Source of the DNA: an uncultured Acidobacteriota bacterium | GTDB lineage: Bacteria > Acidobacteriota > Thermoanaerobaculia > Gp7-AA8 | Reading direction: 5' to 3' | Length of the DNA: 64,000 bases | Assembly: GCA_963741955.1 (NCBI GenBank) | Contig: CAVUKB010000010.1 | Span: 32,001-96,000, forward strand | Shown: positions 9,095 through 17,522 of the stretch, in pieces | Layout: every line of letters starts with the position of its first letter | Numbering within the stretch: position 1 is the stretch's first letter | The notes under the pieces: model-generated | What the model was told of the DNA's origin: nothing | Database searches by the model: none | What the model saw: only the letters and a program-made list of their open reading frames with translations | Made by a program: the position numbers and the translations under genes

Positions 9095-9814
9095 ATGCGT
9101 TCTCCGTACGGCTTTGATCTCATTGATGACTGCTCGAAATGCGAGTGGAGAGCGGAACCGTTTTTCTGTGACCTCGCCACCGCGCTGCTCGAAAAGTTCG
9201 ACGCCCTGACCTATACGACCGCCTATCCCGCCGGTGCCGTTCTCTACGTGGAAGGACAGGTTCCGGGAGGCGTGTACGTTCTCTGCAAGGGGCGGGTGAA
9301 GCTGACCGCATCCTCTTCCGAAGGAAAGACGCTGGTGGTCCGGATCGCCGAGTCGGGCGAAGTGCTCGGATTGAGCGGATCGATCTCGGGACGTCCGTAT
9401 CGAGTCACCGCAGAGACGCTCGAGCCGTGCCAGGTGAAGTTCATCAAGCGGATGGAGTTCCTCGCGTTTCTTCACGAGCACGGCGAGATCTCGTTTCGCG
9501 TGGCTCGCCAGCTCAGCGCGGAACTGCACGATGCGTTCGATCAGGTCCGCTCCCTCGGACTCTCCAGTTCGGCCGCGGCCAAGCTCGGAAAGCTGATCCT
9601 CAACTGGTGTGAGGCGAACGGAAAACAGACCGATGGCGGCGTCCGGCTGAAGCTTCTGATGACCCATGAACAGATCGCGCAGATGATCGGCACGTCACGG
9701 GAGACCGTGACCCGCCTGCTGAGCGATTTCCGCCAGCGCCAGATCCTGGAGATCACCGGATCGAAGCTCGTAGTCCGGGACAAGGCGGCGCTCGAAGTGA
9801 TGGCGAATCCGTAG
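9095..9814 (+). CDS. Crp/Fnr family transcriptional regulator
   Basis: cNMP-binding fold (GRVKL...GEVLG), HTH THEQIAQMIGTSRETVTRLL, N-terminal CxxC-x8-C; SD GGAGG. Confidence 0.93.
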   Translation: MRSPYGFDLIDDCSKCEWRAEPFFCDLATALLEKFDALTYTTAYPAGAVLYVEGQVPGGVYVLCKGRVKLTASSSEGKTLVVRIAESGEVLGLSGSISGRPYRVTAETLEPCQVKFIKRMEFLAFLHEHGEISFRVARQLSAELHDAFDQVRSLGLSSSAAAKLGKLILNWCEANGKQTDGGVRLKLLMTHEQIAQMIGTSRETVTRLLSDFRQRQILEITGSKLVVRDKAALEVMANP

Positions 9815-9964
9815 GCTTACCGAAGAGCGCAGGCGATGCGCTCGCGATCCTGGCGTCACGCCGTGAGTCCTTTCGTCGATGCCGAAGGAGCGCCGCGGCT
9901 TCCGCCCGGCCGGCATGGCCGAAGCCAAACCGCTCCAGCGGTACACCGACAACCCACAGACTCC

Positions 9965-10147
9965 TGGCCCGCATTTCTCACACCGTCCCGTCGCGAGGAG
10001 GCGGAGAGTGGCCTGGATGCAAGGCGCGCCCGGCTTCGGCAACGAAGGCATAGTGGTGACTATGTCGAGGAGCCGAAGCCGGGCGCAACGCTGCAGACAG
10101 GCCGCTATCCGTCTCCCCAGCAGAGATGGTGTGAGAAATGCGGGCTA
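9965..10147. mobile_element. MITE-like element family 1, longer copy
   Basis: Ends GCCCGCATTTCTCACACC and GGTGTGAGAAATGCGGGC(TA); internal 15-bp perfect hairpin; right end overlaps the rnz stop codon. Confidence 0.8.
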
Positions 10148-11044
10148 GACCTCCAACTCCGCCAGATCCTCCGCAATCTCCGTCGCCGGGAAGAGCTCGC
10201 GCGCCTGCTGCAGCAATGGGGTCACGTCTTCATATCGAGGTGAGAAGTGGGTCAGCAGGAGCCGTTTCGCTCCCGCGTCTCTCGCAACTGCGGCGGCTTC
10301 GGATGCCGTCGAATGGAGGTATTCGCGGGCTTCGCTTTCGTGGTCGTCGCCATACGTCGCCTCGTGGATAAGAAGGTCGGCTCTGTGCGCGAGCTCCACG
10401 CTCGCGGCACAGGGGCGCGTATCGGTGCAGTAGGTCACGACTTTTCCGGGCCTCGACGCTGCGACCACGGCACTGCTCTCGATCACCCGTCCGTCGGGGA
10501 GCGAGACGCTCTCTCCACGTTGCAGCTTTCCGTAGAGCGGCCCCTCGGGAATCCCGAGATCACGCGCGCGAACCGGATCGAACCGTCCCGGGCGTTCGGC
10601 CTCCGCCAGGCGGAACCCGAACGAGGGGACGGAATGTTCGAGCTCGTGCGCTTCGATCCGGTAGCCCGGTGTGCGACGGATCTCTTCATCGCCGATCTCG
10701 TGGATCTCGATGGTGAAGCCGAGATGGACGGAAGCCGCACCGTGCACGGCGTGGAGAAGCTTTCCGAGCCCGGCCGGTCCGTAGATCGGCAGCGGCGCAC
10801 TCCTTCCGTTCAGACTCAATGATGCGAGGAGCCCGGGGAGGCCGTACACGTGGTCTCCGTGCAGATGACTGATCAGTACCGAATCGAGGCGGCCGGTACG
10901 TACCGGTGCGGCGAGGAGGCGGTACTGCGTTCCCTCGCCGCAGTCGATCAGGAGCCAGCCGCGCTCGAGACCGATGGCGAAGGACGCCACGTTCCGCCGG
11001 AGGGTCGGCGTTCCGGCGCTCGTTCCGAGTGGAATGATTCTCAT
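10145..11044 (-). CDS. rnz: Ribonuclease Z
   Basis: LGTSAG-P, DCGEGTQ, SHLHGDH, GP exosite (GIPEGPLYGKLQRG), DTRP, HEAT, HST and THFSPRY motifs. Confidence 0.95.
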   Translation of the reverse strand: MRIIPLGTSAGTPTLRRNVASFAIGLERGWLLIDCGEGTQYRLLAAPVRTGRLDSVLISHLHGDHVYGLPGLLASLSLNGRSAPLPIYGPAGLGKLLHAVHGAASVHLGFTIEIHEIGDEEIRRTPGYRIEAHELEHSVPSFGFRLAEAERPGRFDPVRARDLGIPEGPLYGKLQRGESVSLPDGRVIESSAVVAASRPGKVVTYCTDTRPCAASVELAHRADLLIHEATYGDDHESEAREYLHSTASEAAAVARDAGAKRLLLTHFSPRYEDVTPLLQQARELFPATEIAEDLAELEV

Positions 11045-11120
11045 GCTGTCCGGACAACCATACGACGCCGGGCTTCGAGAAATCGAGGATGATCTCACCG
11101 CACAGGTGCGGAGAGTCGCG

Positions 11121-13037
11121 ATGACTCCGGTTGGGCACGAGTTCGGCAATTCGTCGACTCTCATGTCGCATCGCCGATCTCGCCGGCATCGTTTCGGAGC
11201 CGAGCTTACCGCCGGAGGAGTGGAGTTCCGCGTCTGGGCGCCCGGTCACGACCGAATCGATCTGGTGATCGACCCGGAGATGGAACGGGTCGACTCCGGT
11301 CGAGCCATTCCGATGGAGCCGGCGGGGGCCGGCTGGTTCGAGCTGCACGTCGATCGAGCAGCTCCCGGCGATCTTTACGGATTCCGGCTCCCGCACTCCG
11401 GGCGGATCCTCCCCGATCCCGCATCGCGTTTCCAGCCGTCGGGTGTGCATGGGCCCTCCCAGGTGACCGATCCGGCCTCGTTCGACTGGCGCTCGCGCGA
11501 GTGGCGGGGGCCGGATCCGAACGGCAACGTCCTCTACGAGCTTCACATAGGAACATTCTCGCCGGAGGGAACGTGGGAGGGCGCGCGCGCCTTTCTTCCC
11601 GCTCTGCGGGAGCTCGGGATCACCGTGCTCGAGGTGATGCCGGTGGCGGAGTTCGCGGGCGGTTTCGGCTGGGGATACGACGGAGTGGATCTCTGGGCTC
11701 CCACCCATCTCTACGGCACGCCCGACGAGCTCCGCGGATTCGTCGACGACGCGCATCGGCTCGGGCTCGCAGTGATCCTCGATGTGGTCTACAACCACAT
11801 CGGGCCCGAAGGGAACTATCTCGAACACTTCACCCGATCGTGGTTCACCGATCGTTACCGGAACGAGTGGGGAGAGGCGATGAACTTCGACGGTCCGGGC
11901 TCGCGAGAAGTCCGGGAGTTCTTCGTCTCGAACGCCGTCCACTGGCTCGACGAATACCGCATCGACGGTCTCCGCTTCGATGCGACACATTCGATGTTCG
12001 ACCAGAGCCGGGAGCACATCGTGTCGGAGATGGAGAGAACACTGCGAGCGAGATTTGCCGGCCGTACGCTCCTTCTCATCGCGGAGAACGAGCCGCAGGA
12101 GAGCCGGATCGTGCGGCCTCGTGAGGAGGGTGGCTGGGGATTCGACGGGATCTGGAACGACGACTTCCATCATTCCGCGATCGTGGCCCTCACCGGTCGC
12201 AACGACGCGTACTACAGCGACTACTACGGCAAACCGCAGGAGCTGATCTCCGCGGCGAAGAGAGGCTTTCTCTATCAGGGCCAGCACTACAGCTGGCAGA
12301 AGAAGCGACGAGGGACGCCGACTTCCGGAGTTCCGGCGCACGCGTTCATCGGCTATCTGGAGAACCATGATCAGGTGGCGAACTCCGCGCGCGGATCACG
12401 TCTGGCGAGCCTCGCCGCGCCCGCGGAGCTGCGCGCGATGATGTCGCTCCTCCTGCTGGGACCCTGGACTCCGATGCTCTTCCAGGGAGAAGAGCTCGGG
12501 TCGGAGACGCCCTTTCTCTACTTCGCCGACCATGAACCGGAGCTCGCCCGCCGCGTCCGCGAGGGGCGGGGCGAGTTCCTGCAGCAGTTCCGCGCCGTCT
12601 CCGCTTCGGACGTGCAGCAGATCCTTCCCGATCCCGGCGACCGCACGACGTTCGAGCGTTGCCGCTTCGTCCGCAACGATGACGAATCGAGCCGACAGAC
12701 GTGGCAGCTCATCCGCGATCTGCTCCGTCTCCGCCGCGACGACCTCGCGTTCGCGTCACGGGAGCCCGGCCGGATCGACGGAGCCGTCCTGGCCGACGAA
12801 GCATTCGTGCTGCGCTTCTTCCAGCCCGACGGCCGGGACCGGCTGCTGATCGTCAATCTCGGCCGCGACCTCCGCTTCGACCCCGCTCCCGAGCCTCTCC
12901 TCGCCCCGGTCGAGGGAGGGCGATGGAGCCTCCTCTGGTCCAGCGAGCATCCCGACTACGGAGGCTCCGGTGTGGAAGCCCCCGATCCCGACGGGCCGTG
13001 GACGATTCCCGGGAACGCGGCCATGGTCCTGGCGTAG
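11121..13037 (+). CDS. treZ: Malto-oligosyltrehalose trehalohydrolase (copy 1)
   Basis: FRVWAP, PDPASRFQPSGVHG, YELHIGTF, WGYDGV, DVVYNH, RFDATH, NHDQVAN and PMLFQGEE motifs. Confidence 0.92.
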   Translation: MTPVGHEFGNSSTLMSHRRSRRHRFGAELTAGGVEFRVWAPGHDRIDLVIDPEMERVDSGRAIPMEPAGAGWFELHVDRAAPGDLYGFRLPHSGRILPDPASRFQPSGVHGPSQVTDPASFDWRSREWRGPDPNGNVLYELHIGTFSPEGTWEGARAFLPALRELGITVLEVMPVAEFAGGFGWGYDGVDLWAPTHLYGTPDELRGFVDDAHRLGLAVILDVVYNHIGPEGNYLEHFTRSWFTDRYRNEWGEAMNFDGPGSREVREFFVSNAVHWLDEYRIDGLRFDATHSMFDQSREHIVSEMERTLRARFAGRTLLLIAENEPQESRIVRPREEGGWGFDGIWNDDFHHSAIVALTGRNDAYYSDYYGKPQELISAAKRGFLYQGQHYSWQKKRRGTPTSGVPAHAFIGYLENHDQVANSARGSRLASLAAPAELRAMMSLLLLGPWTPMLFQGEELGSETPFLYFADHEPELARRVREGRGEFLQQFRAVSASDVQQILPDPGDRTTFERCRFVRNDDESSRQTWQLIRDLLRLRRDDLAFASREPGRIDGAVLADEAFVLRFFQPDGRDRLLIVNLGRDLRFDPAPEPLLAPVEGGRWSLLWSSEHPDYGGSGVEAPDPDGPWTIPGNAAMVLA

Positions 13038-13191
13038 AGCGGCGAGCGGCAGTGAGGGGACCCCGTACCTGCCACAGGCGAGATCATGAATTTTATTCTG
13101 CAATACATCGAGAACTGCGCATTATCGTCGCTGAACTAATCATTTCGGTGAATAATATTCGCATAGTTGCGGTCGTTACAGAACGAATGCG
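13037..13191. repeat. Heptamer repeats plus AT-rich cassette with 31-bp-phased GAAT-N3-ATTC-like boxes
   Basis: Boxes start at 13088, 13119, 13150 and 13181; ungapped similarity to the reverse complement of 61916-62047. Confidence 0.75.
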
Positions 13192-13213
13192 TCGGCTGCT
13201 CCCACCGGCAGCC

Positions 13214-13271
13214 CGGATTTGGACCGCTGATCCGCTTTCGCAGTAGGACAGTTTCTACCGCGCAGACTCCT
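13214..13271 (+). mobile_element. Remnant (right arm) of MITE family 2
   Basis: 57/58 identical to 4069-4126. Confidence 0.8.
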
Positions 13272-13341
13272 GGCAACCAGACGCTCTCAGAAATCCCATG
13301 CTGGCCCCTCCTTGCAGGGTCTGTGCATTCGTCAACGGGGC

Positions 13342-15462
13342 ATGAACAATTTCGACGCGAGAACGGATCGGGAGCCCGCGTCTTCAGCCGTGACCCTCTC
13401 CGCATGGACGCGCGGCCAGGATGCAGAAAAACTTCTCACCCGTGAATGGCTGGTGACGAATGGCCTTGGCGGATACGCCTCCGGAACGATCGCGGGCATC
13501 AACACCCGGCGCTATCACGGCTGGCTGATCGCCGCACTCGCCTCACCACTCGGCCGCAGCGTGATGCTCAACGCACTCCAGGAGACCGTCGTGCTCGGTG
13601 ATGGCCGGCGGCTCGAGCTCGGCGGACGCGACGACAGGAACGGAATCGTGACGTGGCCCGATCCCGACTTCCTCGACGAGTTTCGTCTCGAGGACGGCTT
13701 GCCGGTCTGGCGCTTTCGAAACGAGTCGGTGGAGCTCGAGAAACGCGTCGTGATGCCGCATCTGCAGAACACGACGTGTATCGGTTATCGCGTCCTCCGC
13801 AGCGACGCTCCTCTCGTGATCGAGATCCGCCCGGCGATCCACTTTCGCGGACACGAGGATCTGGTCTCGGGTCCCCTTCCCGACCACTGCGAGCTCGTTC
13901 CCGAAGAGGCGAGCTGGGAAGTGCGGACCACCGGAGACTTTCCGCCCCTCCGTCTCCACCTCTACGGCGAGAATCCGGGAGACCTCGAGGTCGTGGACGA
14001 GAGCCCTTCCGTCGCATACCGGGTCGAGCGGCGACGGGGATACGAGTACGAAGGATCTCTCTGGATCCCGGGCCGCTACCGTATCGAGATCGAGCCGGGA
14101 GAAGAGGCGGGGATCATCGCGTCGACCGAAGAGTGGAGCCGCATCCAGACGCTCCGTTGCAGCGACGCGGTTGCGGACGAGGTGCACCGCCGCCGTCGTC
14201 TGCTCGATCTCGCGGACGAGCGGGCACAGGTCCGTTTCGGTCCGCAACTGCTGCTCGCCGCAGACCAGTTCATCACCGTTCCGGAGACCCGGGCGGCGGA
14301 AGTGAGCAGGATCGAGGCGGTGGGCGAGCAGCCGCGGACCATCATCGCCGGCTACCACTGGTTCACGGACTGGGGACGGGACACGATGATCAGCCTCGAA
14401 GGGCTGGCGCTGGTGACCGGAAGAGCGCGCGAAGCGGCGAGCATCCTCCGGACGTTCGCCAGATACGTCGATCACGGACTGATCCCCAACATGTTTCCCG
14501 AGGGTGACCAGCGAGGTCTGTACAACACTGCGGATGCGACCCTCTGGTTCTTTCACGCCATCGATCGCTACGTCGAATACACGGACGATCGCGGGCTGCT
14601 GATCGAGCTTCTCCCTCGTCTCGCGGAGATCCTTCGATGCCATCGCGAGGGGACGCTCTTCGGAATCGGTGTCGATCCGGAGGACGGGCTGCTGCGTCAG
14701 GGAGCGGAGGGACTGCAGTTGACGTGGATGGATGCGAAGGTCGGTGATTGGGTGGTCACACCGAGACGGGGTAAGGCAGTCGAGATCAACGCGCTGTACT
14801 ACAACGCGCTGCGGCTGATGGAGCGCTGGCTCGAAGAGGAGAACTCTCCGGAGGAGTCTCGCCGATTCGGAGAGAGCGCCGCGAGGATGGCGGAGACATT
14901 CAACCGCCGCTTCTGGTATTCGGACGGAGGCTACCTCTACGACGTGCTGGATGGGGAGAATGGAGACGACCCGTCGCTCCGGCCGAATCAGCTGTTCGCG
15001 ATCTCTCTGCCGAATCCGGTGCTCGATCCTTCCCGCTGGGGAGCGGTGCTGGAAGTGACGGCCCGGGAGCTTCTCACTCCGGTCGGGCTTCGCTCGCTGG
15101 CGCGCGGCGAAGCAGGTTATCGGCAGCAGTACGTCGGAGATCTCCGGGCGCGCGACGAGGCGTACCACCAGGGAACGGTGTGGGCGTGGCTGATCGGGCC
15201 GTTCATCGACGCCTGGAGAAGGGAGCATCCGGACGACATCGCGGGGTTGCGTGGTTTTCTGGACGGATTCGAAGCGCATCTGAAGGAAGCCGGTATCGGT
15301 ACGATCAGCGAAGTCTTCGACGCGGAGGCGCCCTACGCGCCGCGCGGCTGCATCGCGCAGGCGTGGAGTGTTGCGGAAGTTCTGCGCGCCCTGGTCGGGA
15401 TCGAGTCAGCCCGGCGCGAGCTCGCGCGAGCGAGGGAGCGATCGCACGCTGCTGGTGCGTGA
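13342..15462 (+). CDS. Amylo-alpha-1,6-glucosidase (glycogen debranching enzyme, GDE_N + GDE_C)
   Basis: REWLVTNGLGGYASGT, IIAGYHWFTDWGRDTMISL, LTWMDAK, YHQGTVW and QAWSVAE motifs. Confidence 0.93.
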   Translation: MNNFDARTDREPASSAVTLSAWTRGQDAEKLLTREWLVTNGLGGYASGTIAGINTRRYHGWLIAALASPLGRSVMLNALQETVVLGDGRRLELGGRDDRNGIVTWPDPDFLDEFRLEDGLPVWRFRNESVELEKRVVMPHLQNTTCIGYRVLRSDAPLVIEIRPAIHFRGHEDLVSGPLPDHCELVPEEASWEVRTTGDFPPLRLHLYGENPGDLEVVDESPSVAYRVERRRGYEYEGSLWIPGRYRIEIEPGEEAGIIASTEEWSRIQTLRCSDAVADEVHRRRRLLDLADERAQVRFGPQLLLAADQFITVPETRAAEVSRIEAVGEQPRTIIAGYHWFTDWGRDTMISLEGLALVTGRAREAASILRTFARYVDHGLIPNMFPEGDQRGLYNTADATLWFFHAIDRYVEYTDDRGLLIELLPRLAEILRCHREGTLFGIGVDPEDGLLRQGAEGLQLTWMDAKVGDWVVTPRRGKAVEINALYYNALRLMERWLEEENSPEESRRFGESAARMAETFNRRFWYSDGGYLYDVLDGENGDDPSLRPNQLFAISLPNPVLDPSRWGAVLEVTARELLTPVGLRSLARGEAGYRQQYVGDLRARDEAYHQGTVWAWLIGPFIDAWRREHPDDIAGLRGFLDGFEAHLKEAGIGTISEVFDAEAPYAPRGCIAQAWSVAEVLRALVGIESARRELARARERSHAAGA

Positions 15463-15541
15463 GCTTCGAATCGTATCGCCGCGTGGTTCGTGCGTCTCCC
15501 TTGACGGAAAGCGGACAGAGGTCTAACTTCGCACATCCACC

Positions 15542-17491
15542 ATGCGCAGGGCTGCCTTCGTTCTCGTCTCCGCTCTTCTCGTTCTCTCCTGTCACGGTCG
15601 ATCCGACCACGGACGGGTCATGGTCCTCGGAATCGACGGAGCGGATCCGCACACCATCGATCTTCTGGTCTCGGAGGGAAAACTCCCTCACTTCGCGAAG
15701 ATGCGGAAGGAAGGTGCGTACGCTCCTCTGCTGAGCGCGAAGCCTCTGCTCAGCCCCGTGATCTGGACCACGATCGCGACCGGAAAGACGCCCGACCAGC
15801 ATCGGATCGGTCACTTCGTCGCGGTCAATCCCGTGACCGGAGAGCAGATCCCGGTGACCAGCCGGATGCGAAAGGTCAAGGCGCTCTGGAACATCCTTTC
15901 GGAGGCCGGGCGGAAGGTGGACGTCGTCGGCTGGTGGGCCACCTGGCCGCCGGAGACGGTGAACGGCTCGATCGTGAGCGACCATGTCGCGTACCACTTC
16001 CTCTTTCCGGAGGGGTTCGACCGGAACGCGCCGAAGACCGCGAATACGTACCCGCCCGAGCTCGAGCAGGAGATCGCACCTCTGGTCCGCCGTCCGCAGG
16101 ACGTGAGCTACGAAGAGGTCTCGCGGTTTCTGCACATCTCACCCGAGGAGTTCAATCGACCGTTCCGGTTCGAAGATCCGGTCGGCCATTTCAAGTGGGC
16201 GTACGCGACGGCGGAGAGCTATTCGGCGATCGGACTCGATCTGTGGAAGAAGGAGCGGCCGGACGTCCTGATGGTCTACATCGAAGGGGTCGACAGTGTC
16301 TCGCATCTGTTCGGCCATCTCTTCCGGGCGGAGAGTCTTTCCGGCGAGCTCGCCGCGCAGCAGAAGAAGTACGGTGACGCGGTCGAGCAGATGTACGTCG
16401 AGGCGGACCGGATCGTCGGACGCTACATGGACGCGATGGACGACGACACCACTCTGATCGTCATTTCCGATCACGGATTCGAGCTCGGGGCGCTTCAGGA
16501 CGATCCGAGCAAGACGCGCGACATGCGCCGGGTGAGCGAGCGGTTCCATCGCCTGCGCGGGATCTCGTACGCATACGGCGCTCACGTGAATCGGGGAGGA
16601 TCGCTGGGCGAGCCGACCATCCTCGACGTGGCGCCGACGGTTCTCGCACTGGAGAAGGTCCCGGCCGCGGCGGACATGCCGGGACGGGCGATGACCACCG
16701 GAATCGACGTCGCGCCTCTCGTGCGCGTGAAGACGTACGAGAGCGGGAAGGCCGTCCCCGAGGTCCGCACCACCGATTCGAACGTCGACCCCGAAGTGCT
16801 CGAGCACCTCCGCAGTCTCGGCTATCTCGGGGCGACCTCGCCGACCGGAGACGAGAACATCGCCGGTATTCTGTTCGAAGAAGGGAAGTACAAGGAAGCG
16901 GTGGAGGCATACCGCAAGCTGGTCGAGAAGAGTCCGGACGACGGACATCTTCGCGCGAGCTACGCCGGGGCCCTCGGGGCGCTCGGGAGATACGACGACG
17001 CGCTGAAGCAACTGGACGCTGCGATCCGGCTCGAGCCGCTCAACGTGGAGGCGTACCACAACCGCGCGGTGCTCCACGAGAGAAAGGGCGAGCGAGACGC
17101 CGCGATTCGCGATTACCAGACTGCGCTCCGTTACAATCCGCAGTACGAGCCGTCGCAGAAGGCGTTGACACGCCTCGGCGTCTCCACTGATCCGGATGCC
17201 CCGAAGAGTGCCGAGGAGAAGAAGGCGTGGGAGCTCGCGCGGGCCGCGGCGGATGATGCTCGCCGGGGCTCGTACGCCGACGCGATGTCGAAGCTCGACC
17301 AGGCGGAGAAGCTCGCGCCACGGTACGTGCTCGTCTACCAGTACCGCTCCAACGTCGCGTATCTGATGGGCGACCGCGAGGCCGCCGCCGCGGCGCTCCG
17401 CAAAGCGCTGGAGATCGAGCCGGACAACGCGCTGTTCAAGGCGAATCTCGAGGCGCTCACCCGGAAACAGACCGCTGCCCCCGGAAAGTGA
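15542..17491 (+). CDS. Alkaline phosphatase/nucleotide pyrophosphatase superfamily lipoprotein with C-terminal TPRs
   Basis: Lipobox-like VLSC, GIDGAD, SPVIWTTIATGK, SDHGF, LRSLGYL, then TPR repeats. Confidence 0.85.
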   Translation: MRRAAFVLVSALLVLSCHGRSDHGRVMVLGIDGADPHTIDLLVSEGKLPHFAKMRKEGAYAPLLSAKPLLSPVIWTTIATGKTPDQHRIGHFVAVNPVTGEQIPVTSRMRKVKALWNILSEAGRKVDVVGWWATWPPETVNGSIVSDHVAYHFLFPEGFDRNAPKTANTYPPELEQEIAPLVRRPQDVSYEEVSRFLHISPEEFNRPFRFEDPVGHFKWAYATAESYSAIGLDLWKKERPDVLMVYIEGVDSVSHLFGHLFRAESLSGELAAQQKKYGDAVEQMYVEADRIVGRYMDAMDDDTTLIVISDHGFELGALQDDPSKTRDMRRVSERFHRLRGISYAYGAHVNRGGSLGEPTILDVAPTVLALEKVPAAADMPGRAMTTGIDVAPLVRVKTYESGKAVPEVRTTDSNVDPEVLEHLRSLGYLGATSPTGDENIAGILFEEGKYKEAVEAYRKLVEKSPDDGHLRASYAGALGALGRYDDALKQLDAAIRLEPLNVEAYHNRAVLHERKGERDAAIRDYQTALRYNPQYEPSQKALTRLGVSTDPDAPKSAEEKKAWELARAAADDARRGSYADAMSKLDQAEKLAPRYVLVYQYRSNVAYLMGDREAAAAALRKALEIEPDNALFKANLEALTRKQTAAPGK

Positions 17492-17522
17492 GGCCGCGGT
17501 CTTCCGCGATGAAACTGAAGAC

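Noticed and set aside
13088-13191. Phased cassettes read as a mini-CRISPR or guide-RNA array (11-bp repeat, 20-bp spacer)
   Set aside because: Repeats are too short and degenerate, position-specific variants are conserved between loci, and no cas or nuclease gene is nearby. A phased DNA-binding site fits better, though an RNA role is not formally excluded.
13302-13316. TGGCCCCTCCTTGCA as a sigma54 promoter
   Set aside because: GG-to-GC spacing is 9 nt rather than the required 10.
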